From positions 128,001 to 192,000 of the IMG/VR virus record IMGVR_UViG_3300014208_000027: a stretch of DNA of 64,000 bases; one strand, 5' to 3'. How positions within the stretch are numbered: the first letter of the stretch is position 1; the number at the start of each line of letters is the position of its first letter. This document shows positions 54,613 through 62,634 of this stretch, piece by piece. A program made the translations under genes and the position numbers. The stretch comes from a virus (Duplodnaviria > Caudoviricetes). Under the pieces are notes generated by a model. That model did no database searches, was not told the DNA's origin, and was given only the letters and a program-made list of their open reading frames with translations.

Positions 54613-57270
54613 ATGGCAGAAGTTAATGGCATTATTGATATAGCTGGTAACCAGGTAGCCTCTACTAGTGCTCCTTTAATAAATCTTGCCGGTAGAAAAA
54701 CAGCAGAGCAAATCTCAGAAGAAAAAAAGAGTTCTGACATTGACACTAAAGAAGGTTTAAATGTTCAATGCTTTTTAGTTGACAATCTTCTTCAAATTGC
54801 TCAAAGTAAAGCTAAACAGGCTATCAATTCCGGTCTACCTGAATATGATTCTTTTGTTATGCTTGAAGCTCATGGTGGTGGTCCTGGTGATGTAACTCAA
54901 GAGATCTTATCCCGTAAAGGTCTTAAAGAACTTTTTAATCTTTCCTCTGCTCAGAAAGCATTACTTGTTCCTAAGATTGAAATATATAAGATTACCTATA
55001 ACAACACTGAAGGTGTTAACGGTACTGACGTTAAATTAGTTTTTGCTGATAGTATGCGCAATTCTGAAATTGAAAGTTTGATAAGCGGTAAAAAAGGTAG
55101 GGGCGATGATGTAGGATTAAAGAGTTTCTCTTATGCTTTTGATGCTACTCAACCAGCAGAAAGTGGTATTATTAAAACCACCTTGACTTTATTATTTCAA
55201 AATGCTTCAGGATTCACAGAGTCTAGACCTAATGGCATAACTTTTAGCGATCTTATATGGGATAAAAACTCAGTCTCTAAGACAGGAATAGTTTTTAATC
55301 CTTTAGCTTTCAGAATGAAAATTGTATCAGGTTGGGCAGTCCCGTCAGATCCGGGTGGTGTATTATTTTCTAAAGACTTATTGAAAGCTATTGAGAATAC
55401 TAAGACTATTTTATTTGTTACCCATGTAAAACATGACTTAGAATTTAATGAAGATGGTACGCTTCGAGTCACTATAGAATTTTGTGGTGCCATTGATATT
55501 GCGCTAGGCGATACAATAAAATCTAACTTATTCCAAACTAATAGTTATCTACAGAAGAGGCTTGATAAAGAACGCCTTAAAGAAAAAGAAAAACAAGAGG
55601 CTATTACGAAGCAGTCACAGGCTTCAGGACAAGCCGCAGTTGATAGTGCCATCGCAGGCTCAAAGGTAGATGAGAAAGGCTCTATTGCTATCCTAGAGGC
55701 TATAGATAAGCAAGAGAAGTACTCTCGCATTATCAAAGAACTGTACGACTCAAGCAGTATGTATTATATTGATATTGATGCTAGCATGCTACAAGTTCTT
55801 GATGATGAAAAGAAAAACTATACTGCTGAGAAAATTAAAGAGAAAAGAGGTACAGATAAAGTAGATGACAAAGAAATAGAAAATGTAGCTATTCAAGAAA
55901 GAATGAATGGTCGGAGAGTTTCTTCTAAGTTAGAAATTAATAGAGTAGATTCTGATGAAGGCAAAAAGAGACTAGAGAAGAAAAAAGAAATCTTGAAAGC
56001 TGGTATGAAAGAAGCTTTAGATGTGAGTAGACAATATGGATTAAAGTTCACAACAAGTCTAAGCACGGAAAAAGATTTTTGGGACGAAACTGTTACTACT
56101 AAAAAAAATACCGAGGAAGAGAAAAACAAAATCATTGCTACGGCTATTAAATCTGCTAGTACTTCTGAACTTTTAACGTCTGGTAAAGTTAGAGCATACT
56201 TTTTTTACCTTGGCGATCTTCTCGATAGTATCTTTAGAAAATTTGTTTATAAGCGTGCTGATCTTGACAATATGAGAATTATGTTAGGTACGCTTGTTTA
56301 TACTGATCCTAGGACTAAAAAGCAAGAAGAAGTTAATATAGCCGATATTCCTATATCTTTAGAACGATTTATTACATGGTACACTAAAAAAGTTATCTCT
56401 ACTCAACCAGTTACATATTTAGTTAGACAATTTATTAGAGATGTGTTAGAACAAATTGTTATTGGTGCTTTAGGTGAGTACTGTTTTGGCAACCTTAGTC
56501 AGAATCTTCCTAACATTGTATTCAATATTTTTTCTGTTCCTGCTACAAGTGGTGAACCATTAGCACATCTTAAGAACGGTAAACGATATTCGTTTAAAGG
56601 TGGTTTATCTAAGCCAGGTGACGATTCTATAAAGAAAAGTGACGCTTCAGATTCTACAAAGGTACAACATTTTCTTTATATTTATGCTAACAATTATAAC
56701 ATTACAAACGCTAACGGTGATTTAAATGAGGATGCTTCTAGAGGCGTGTATCACTTAGCTCCAGGATTAGATAGAGGTCTGGTTAAGAATGTTAAATTTG
56801 TTAAGAATGCTGTACAGTTTATGGCTGAAGCACAATTAACTTCAGAAAATAAAAAGACTAGATTGTCTCCTAATGTTTATAATGCTACTGTTCGCATGCT
56901 TGGGAATAATTTGTTTATGAATGGAAACTATATTTATATTGATACTGCTCGTATGAATCTTGGCTCTCCATTTAAAAAAGAGTTTGGCAAATTACAACCA
57001 AATATGTTATCCTTTGAATATCACTTAGGCGGTTATTATATGGTAACAAAAGTTTCTTTTGACTTTACTGAATCAGATTACGAAACAGTTTTAACTGCTA
57101 GATGGGTAGGCGCTTTGCCAGAAGAGAATGATTTATTTAACATGGCTAATAATGGATTAGGTACGGTTAAATTTGCATCTCAACAGTCTGTTATGAAGGA
57201 TAAAAGTTTATTCTACGGTGACGAACTCCCCAACTTGAAAGATTTTAAAGGTCAATCAAAGGCGAAATAA
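54613..57270 (+). CDS. Baseplate hub protein (gp27-like)
   Basis: Large protein after the LysM gene; C-terminal YNATVRMLGNNLF..GNYIYI...GGYYMVTKV. Confidence 0.55.
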   Translation: MAEVNGIIDIAGNQVASTSAPLINLAGRKTAEQISEEKKSSDIDTKEGLNVQCFLVDNLLQIAQSKAKQAINSGLPEYDSFVMLEAHGGGPGDVTQEILSRKGLKELFNLSSAQKALLVPKIEIYKITYNNTEGVNGTDVKLVFADSMRNSEIESLISGKKGRGDDVGLKSFSYAFDATQPAESGIIKTTLTLLFQNASGFTESRPNGITFSDLIWDKNSVSKTGIVFNPLAFRMKIVSGWAVPSDPGGVLFSKDLLKAIENTKTILFVTHVKHDLEFNEDGTLRVTIEFCGAIDIALGDTIKSNLFQTNSYLQKRLDKERLKEKEKQEAITKQSQASGQAAVDSAIAGSKVDEKGSIAILEAIDKQEKYSRIIKELYDSSSMYYIDIDASMLQVLDDEKKNYTAEKIKEKRGTDKVDDKEIENVAIQERMNGRRVSSKLEINRVDSDEGKKRLEKKKEILKAGMKEALDVSRQYGLKFTTSLSTEKDFWDETVTTKKNTEEEKNKIIATAIKSASTSELLTSGKVRAYFFYLGDLLDSIFRKFVYKRADLDNMRIMLGTLVYTDPRTKKQEEVNIADIPISLERFITWYTKKVISTQPVTYLVRQFIRDVLEQIVIGALGEYCFGNLSQNLPNIVFNIFSVPATSGEPLAHLKNGKRYSFKGGLSKPGDDSIKKSDASDSTKVQHFLYIYANNYNITNANGDLNEDASRGVYHLAPGLDRGLVKNVKFVKNAVQFMAEAQLTSENKKTRLSPNVYNATVRMLGNNLFMNGNYIYIDTARMNLGSPFKKEFGKLQPNMLSFEYHLGGYYMVTKVSFDFTESDYETVLTARWVGALPEENDLFNMANNGLGTVKFASQQSVMKDKSLFYGDELPNLKDFKGQSKAK

Positions 57271-58409
57271 TGTCTCTTAAAAATCTCTACCTTGCCAACA
57301 ATGCCATGAGTGCCTTGGAAATGTATGAGTATCGTAAGTTGTATCACGATTCTGTTATGGCGCTAGGTAATGAAAAAAAACTTGATCTATGGTATGATGC
57401 ACCTCACTATGGGAAGGTTAATCTTCGAGGGCAACCTATTTTTCTTTCTGAATCAAACTTAAAACAACTTGACTCCGAAGGTAGCGATACTCTAATGGCT
57501 TTAGATTTTGTTGCAGATGCTTTTGATGATCTCCAGCATTATTTTCAGAAGGCTTTGTCAACGAATAGAATTAAGTCTACAGGTATTCTTTCTAACATTA
57601 AAGCTAAGTCAGCTTGGGTAAATGTTTCTAAACTTCACCATATTCATATGGATAGTCTTTATAAATCTTATACATTTTCATATCTTAGAGATATTGGTGA
57701 AAACAAAGTAAAAACCTTTGATGATTTCTTGGTAAATTTTCTAAACTTCATAGAGTTTTCATCAGCAATTCTACCTGTTACAAGAACTTCTTTTATTCGC
57801 TCTAGTTTTTGCACTCCAATGATCACTGGTTTAATGATTGAAATTTCTGATGAGGATAGAAGTGATGATTATTTAAAGCAAACTCATGTTCTTGAAGATG
57901 AAAATTATTTATTCTACGTGAACGCCTTGAAGCGGTTTGGTTTCTTTATTGACAAGAATGTTCCTTCTAGGCTTGTAGCAGATGTTATGTCTAAGAGCAT
58001 GATCAAGTATATGCAAACCTATGGAATGACAAGTGAGAAACTATTTTCTTCCTACTTCTACAGGTCACTAGATTATGATATTGAAATTTTGATGAATTAC
58101 TTAGTACAGATGTGGAATAGCTATGCTACGATGAACTCTCTAGTAAAAGAAATAAAAGAAGATTGTACCGGTAGAAAGCTGTTGTCAAAAATCTCACATC
58201 GTGAAAAAGTAGACTTACAATCGCTTCATGAACAGTATGACTTCTCATTCTGGGTAGGTTATTATTTTCAACTGAGGCTAAAGGAAGAAAATATATTTTT
58301 AGATCGCGACGACCTGGAAAGAAAGTTGGAAACTCTTAAAAGAATTGTAGAAAAAACAGATGGAAAGATTGTTTACCAATTCATAGAGAATGAAATAAAC
58401 AACATCTAG
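57270..58409 (+). CDS. Conserved hypothetical protein
   Basis: 379 aa; TAATG overlap; no assignable motif. Confidence 0.65.
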   Translation: MSLKNLYLANNAMSALEMYEYRKLYHDSVMALGNEKKLDLWYDAPHYGKVNLRGQPIFLSESNLKQLDSEGSDTLMALDFVADAFDDLQHYFQKALSTNRIKSTGILSNIKAKSAWVNVSKLHHIHMDSLYKSYTFSYLRDIGENKVKTFDDFLVNFLNFIEFSSAILPVTRTSFIRSSFCTPMITGLMIEISDEDRSDDYLKQTHVLEDENYLFYVNALKRFGFFIDKNVPSRLVADVMSKSMIKYMQTYGMTSEKLFSSYFYRSLDYDIEILMNYLVQMWNSYATMNSLVKEIKEDCTGRKLLSKISHREKVDLQSLHEQYDFSFWVGYYFQLRLKEENIFLDRDDLERKLETLKRIVEKTDGKIVYQFIENEINNI

Positions 58410-58412
58410 TAC

Positions 58413-58440
58413 TTGACATCCCTGTAAAATCTGCTAAAAT
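58413..58440 (+). promoter_or_regulatory. Sigma70-type promoter of the replication block
   Basis: TTGACA-16 nt-TAAAAT with extended TG; predicted +1 at about GTG 58447. Confidence 0.65.
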
Positions 58441-58446
58441 TTTAAT

Positions 58447-59469
58447 GTGGTTACCTGGGCATATCATCCTTCGCTAGATTCTTTTGACGTTCAATACGCC
58501 AAATTATATTGTCTTGGTAAGCCTATTAAAGATGTATGTCCTAAGCGGTTACTTTCTCAGTGGCTTGCCTCTAAACAAAAAATAAAAGCATACAGTGTTT
58601 CTATCAGTGAGTCAAGAGTTTCTAAAGATATTTTATTATCTTCTTTAATTCCTAAACATGTCCTAGAGAATCATCTTAACTTAAAAAGTCTTATTTGTGA
58701 GCACGTATTAAAAACTTATCCCAAGCCAGAAAATTATGATTTTTTACTCCAAGCAACCAAACTTCTTTATGCTATTTCTACCAAAAAGGTTAATTTCGGC
58801 AATAATAGTGACCGTTACTGCAAGTATAATCTTTTTGGATCTAAGACTGGAAGGCTTACAACATTAAAAGATTCCTTTCCCATTCTAACTTTAAAACGCG
58901 AAGATCGTGTTCATATTAAACCTAACAATGATCTATTCATTGTGATGGATTACAATTCTGCTGAGCTGAGAACTTTGAATTGTTTGCTAGGCAAAGAAAA
59001 TAATGTTGACGATCTTCATACCTGGAATGTTGAAAATCTCTATGACAATTCTACAACACGTGACCAAGCTAAGAAAGAATTTTTTGCATGGCTTTATAAT
59101 CCAGAATGCGTTAATGAACGGTTAGAAAGTCACTATAATAGGCAGAAATTATTGGAGAAGTATTTTGACGGGGAACAAATAAAAAACCCCTTTCAACGCG
59201 CTATAAAGTGTGACAATTACCATGCTTTAAACTATTTAATACAGTCAACTTTGACGGATCTGTTCTTGAGACAAGCCACTAAAATCTTTGAGAAATTACA
59301 GAATAGTAAAAGTTATATTTCTATGCTAATACATGATAGTATAGTGATAGATTCGTGTAGGCAAGAAAAAAATATTTTGATGGAATGTGTTGACGCTTTT
59401 CAAGACACATGCTATGGTAAGTTTAAGGCTAGTGTAAAAGTCGGAAACAATTTAGGAGAGTTAAAATGA
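58447..59469 (+). CDS. Short family-A DNA polymerase-like protein (polymerase core only)
   Basis: SKTGRLT, MDYNSAELRTL (motif A), RDQAKK..F (motif B-like), ALNYLIQST, MLIHDSIV (motif C). Confidence 0.75.
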   Translation: MVTWAYHPSLDSFDVQYAKLYCLGKPIKDVCPKRLLSQWLASKQKIKAYSVSISESRVSKDILLSSLIPKHVLENHLNLKSLICEHVLKTYPKPENYDFLLQATKLLYAISTKKVNFGNNSDRYCKYNLFGSKTGRLTTLKDSFPILTLKREDRVHIKPNNDLFIVMDYNSAELRTLNCLLGKENNVDDLHTWNVENLYDNSTTRDQAKKEFFAWLYNPECVNERLESHYNRQKLLEKYFDGEQIKNPFQRAIKCDNYHALNYLIQSTLTDLFLRQATKIFEKLQNSKSYISMLIHDSIVIDSCRQEKNILMECVDAFQDTCYGKFKASVKVGNNLGELK

Positions 59470-59636
59470 ATTTAATTTGCCCAGAATGTGAAGAAGTTGA
59501 GTCTGATGCTCAAAAGAAACTTAACAAGATTAAAAAGCAACTTGATATGTGGAACGATATGAATGTTTACGGTATGACCACATCAACGGAAGCATATCAA
59601 CTTATTGATATTATCAAGAATATCGTGGAAAAGTAA
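59466..59636 (+). CDS. Small Cys-containing protein (not in ORF track)
   Basis: MNLICPECEE...KKLNKIKKQL...IIKNIVEK*; GGAG SD; ATGA overlap. Confidence 0.6.
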   Translation: MNLICPECEEVESDAQKKLNKIKKQLDMWNDMNVYGMTTSTEAYQLIDIIKNIVEK

Positions 59637-59637
59637 A

Positions 59638-59928
59638 ATGAGCAAATCGTGGATTCATTATTATAGTAGAGAAACTCGTAATCAATGTAAGGATTATAAA
59701 CTTCCTTTTTTGGAAAGAGCCAATTATTGTGATTGGGAAGACGCAGAAGAAACGAGATGGCAATGTTTTTGCGATAGACCTAAAAATCCTGGAAAAAATC
59801 TTAGTGCCGAAGAAAAACTCGATAAAATCGAAAGTGTAATGAAGTTGTTCACCTTGGAAAATCAAGAAAATTACATCGATATTCTTGTCGACATTTACGA
59901 AATTCTTTATGGTTCACAAAATGAGTAG
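59638..59928 (+). CDS. Small hypothetical protein (start moved to ATG 59638)
   Basis: Cys motif, then EEKLDKIE...ILVDIYEIL. Confidence 0.55.
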   Translation: MSKSWIHYYSRETRNQCKDYKLPFLERANYCDWEDAEETRWQCFCDRPKNPGKNLSAEEKLDKIESVMKLFTLENQENYIDILVDIYEILYGSQNE

Positions 59929-60139
59929 CCATTTAAAATGTTTAGGTCGTGCTAATTGTGGCTGGGTAGATGGTGGTCAATATGTTTGTCATTGTTTTGA
60001 ACCTGTCAAGAAAAATAGTTTAGAAGAGATAAAAGAACTTGTCTCATCAGTCTTGGCGAGGTTTGATTCTGTTAGGACTGAAAACGAAAATATCATGTTG
60101 AGTGTTTTAAATAAGATTAAGAAGGTCGTTGAAAAATGA
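59921..60139 (+). CDS. Small Cys-containing protein (start moved to ATG 59921)
   Basis: KC..ANC....YVCHC, then LEEIKEL...LNKIKKVVEK. Confidence 0.55.
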   Translation: MSSHLKCLGRANCGWVDGGQYVCHCFEPVKKNSLEEIKELVSSVLARFDSVRTENENIMLSVLNKIKKVVEK

Positions 60140-60390
60140 TTACCAGGGATTCTATGGGTGAATACTTTCCGGAATATGATTTTGTTGGTATACGATGCGA
60201 TGTATGTAATACATATATCGGAAAATGTACTCAAGATAGACAAGATAAAGAAGATGAAATAGATCTCTGCAAAGAGTGCAACGATAATGAAGAAATAAAA
60301 AATATGATCATTGATTACAAAGACAATGGAGCTGGATTCTTTGGACCTGAAGAACTCTTAGTAAAGATTAAAAAACTCATAGGTAAATAA
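60136..60390 (+). CDS. Small Zn-ribbon protein
   Basis: CDVC...CKEC, then EEIKNM...LVKIKKLIGK. Confidence 0.6.
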   Translation: MITRDSMGEYFPEYDFVGIRCDVCNTYIGKCTQDRQDKEDEIDLCKECNDNEEIKNMIIDYKDNGAGFFGPEELLVKIKKLIGK

Positions 60391-61226
60391 TGATCGTACT
60401 TTCCCTTGGCCCTACTGCTTGTCGCATAGCAGATAAGTTTTCTTCTTACCCTGGCTATAAACTATACAAAATTAGCCACGACCTTGTGCGCATTAAAAAT
60501 AATTTAAAAGTCCCTCAATATGAACAGTTTTATGAATATGAACAAACTTTTCCGCAGGATAAATTAGATAGATTCCTCAAGACTTTGAGGGGTGAGGTTT
60601 TATTTGTTACTTGTGGAAGCGAACCGATATCATTATTATCATTACGTGTCTTGGAGATTTTGAGCAAGTCGTGTACGATTTCAATTTGTTATATTAAGCT
60701 AGACCAAATGTTGGTAGGACAAGAAAAAAAAGAGATTGAAAAACTTGTATATGAGATGTTACAAAATTATACTTTGTCAGGTTACGTTCAACAGATGTAT
60801 CTTTTTGACAACACTTTAGTTGAAAAAATGTGTCAAGATATAGATGTTTTTAATTATTATGACAAAGTATACGAGATGATAAGTTGGATACTTCATACAA
60901 ATAATTCTTTAAAGTACCAAGATGCTATATTTGATAATCTTAACAAAACTAGAGAGATGGGTATTAAGTCATTTAGTTTAGGATCTTTAGAAGGTGAACA
61001 AAAAAATAGTACATTTCTACTTGACAAAGTGACTGAAGAAAAGGTATATTATGTTATCAATAAAAACTTAATACAGCAGAATAAAGAATTATTTAATACG
61101 ATTAGAAATGACATTCAAAAGGAGTCTATTGGCATAAATAAAAAAATGTGTTATGCGGTGTATTCAACAGAATTAGAGCAAAGTTTAGTACTAACAGAAC
61201 AACAAAGTTTAATTTACCAAAAATAA
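60390..61226 (+). CDS. Divergent tubulin/FtsZ-like protein
   Basis: IVLSLGPTACRIADKF (FtsZ-like beta1-helix1) and VLFVTCGSEPIS where the GGGTG(S/T)G loop would be. Confidence 0.45.
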   Translation: MIVLSLGPTACRIADKFSSYPGYKLYKISHDLVRIKNNLKVPQYEQFYEYEQTFPQDKLDRFLKTLRGEVLFVTCGSEPISLLSLRVLEILSKSCTISICYIKLDQMLVGQEKKEIEKLVYEMLQNYTLSGYVQQMYLFDNTLVEKMCQDIDVFNYYDKVYEMISWILHTNNSLKYQDAIFDNLNKTREMGIKSFSLGSLEGEQKNSTFLLDKVTEEKVYYVINKNLIQQNKELFNTIRNDIQKESIGINKKMCYAVYSTELEQSLVLTEQQSLIYQK

Positions 61227-61236
61227 GGAGAATAAA

Positions 61237-61425
61237 ATGTCAAAGAAATTGTATCGTGTTTGCTATGATCATCCTGAACGAAATTGGTTTGTAGTGGCTA
61301 AAAGTGAGGAAAGTGCAAAGAAAAAGGTTTTTGCCGAGTATGAAGTTGCTGATGAAGAATCTGTGTATGTTTATGAATACGAAGGTGTTGTTGAGGTTGG
61401 TTCAACTCTATTTTGTGATGGATAA
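61237..61425 (+). CDS. Small hypothetical protein
   Basis: AAGGAG SD. Confidence 0.6.
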   Translation: MSKKLYRVCYDHPERNWFVVAKSEESAKKKVFAEYEVADEESVYVYEYEGVVEVGSTLFCDG

Positions 61426-61446
61426 CAAACAATAAGGAGAATAGAA

Positions 61447-62250
61447 ATGGCTTTAAATTTAGAAAAGATTCAAGAACGTCTTAATCGTCTTAACTCTAAG
61501 GGAAGGAATAATAATTCTTTTTGGAAGGTTCCTGAAGGCGAAAGTGTAATTCGTATTCCACCTATGCCTGATGGTGATCCATTTGTCGAGCATCATTTAC
61601 ATTATAATGTTGGTAAGGCTGTAGGGTTTGTTTGTCTTAGACGAGAATATAATAAACCTTGCCCTGTGTGTGCACTTGTGAATAAACTTTATAAGTCTGA
61701 TAATGCTGAAGATGTTGTATTAGCAAAGAAGTTAACTGCTAAGGCAAGATTTTATTCTCCTGTTCTAGTACGAGGGGAAGAAGAGAAGGGTGTTAGGTGG
61801 TGGAGTTATGCTAAGACTCCTTATGCTAAGCTGCTTAAATGGGCTAGCAATCAAGAAGAGTATGGAGATATCACGGATTCTAAACATGGTACTGATATTG
61901 AATTAGTTAACAAGAAGCCACCAGGTGGTGAGTTTTTTGTTACTGATATCGAGTTAAAGCGTAAGGAAAGTGATTTCTGCAAGGGTATGGAAGAAGGGAA
62001 GTGCAAGGAATTATTAGAAAATATTCCTGAACTTATGATTGATAAAAAGACTGCTGAAGAAATACAAGTTCTACTTGACGAGTGGCTACTAGGAGACGAA
62101 GAAGAAACTGTTGAAAGTGCTGAGGAAGGTGGTGAAGTAGAGAAATTTGGTGTAGGTAAAGAAAAGAAATCTTCTCCTGCTAAGGCTGATAAAGAAATGA
62201 GCGAAATTGACAAGAAGTTTGCCGAGCTAACTACTGAGGATGATGAATAA
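61447..62250 (+). CDS. Single-stranded DNA-binding protein (T4 gp32-like)
   Basis: FWKVPEGESVIRIPP, HHLHY...C...CPVC Zn site, RFYSPVLVRG, acidic tail. Confidence 0.75.
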   Translation: MALNLEKIQERLNRLNSKGRNNNSFWKVPEGESVIRIPPMPDGDPFVEHHLHYNVGKAVGFVCLRREYNKPCPVCALVNKLYKSDNAEDVVLAKKLTAKARFYSPVLVRGEEEKGVRWWSYAKTPYAKLLKWASNQEEYGDITDSKHGTDIELVNKKPPGGEFFVTDIELKRKESDFCKGMEEGKCKELLENIPELMIDKKTAEEIQVLLDEWLLGDEEETVESAEEGGEVEKFGVGKEKKSSPAKADKEMSEIDKKFAELTTEDDE

Positions 62251-62579
62251 TGGCGCCGCCTAAGAAAGAAAAAGAAGGCGAGGAGAAGAAAAAGAATAAG
62301 TTTAAACTTGATGGGCTTTCGACTGATATGTCTAACGCTGAAAGAATGGAAACACTTAGAAATATCTTAAATAAGAGTGCTGGAAGCAAGGTGGCTTATA
62401 ATTTAGAAGAAGAAAATCCTACCAAGGTAAAGCAATGGATTTCTACAGGAAGCTATCTTTTAGATAGAATTATTTGCAAGGGGATGGTGGGCGGAATTCC
62501 AATGGGGAAGATAGTGGAAATGTCTGGGTTAGAAGCGTGTGTTACAGAGGATACAGAGGTTGACATAGAAGTAGAATAA
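62250..62579 (+). CDS. recA: RecA/UvsX N-terminal half fused to a 13-aa split-intein N-fragment
   Basis: WISTGSYLLD..I...GGIPMGKIVEMSGLEA stops mid-Walker A, followed by CVTEDTEVDIEVE*. Confidence 0.85.
   Translation: MAPPKKEKEGEEKKKNKFKLDGLSTDMSNAERMETLRNILNKSAGSKVAYNLEEENPTKVKQWISTGSYLLDRIICKGMVGGIPMGKIVEMSGLEACVTEDTEVDIEVE
62538..62576 (+). mobile_element. Split intein N-fragment (13 aa)
   Basis: Block A pattern C-x-x-x-D-T-x-V. Confidence 0.8.
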
Positions 62580-62585
62580 GGGTGG

Positions 62586-62627
62586 TCTCCTACTAATTAG
62601 TATAAGTTACTCTGTGATAGTAGGAGA
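62586..62627 (+). promoter_or_regulatory. SD-sequestering hairpin containing a late promoter
   Basis: TCTCCTACTA (62586-62595) / TAGTAGGAGA (62618-62627); ACTAATTA at 62592-62599. Confidence 0.75.
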
Positions 62628-62634
62628 TTTATCA

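Noticed and set aside
3979-62213. Antisense or overlapping ORFs in the track (e.g. 3979..4305, 35027..35404, 46311..46727, 51882..52286, 61851..62213)
   Set aside because: Shadow frames of well-supported genes, with mirror-image composition and no SD or motif.
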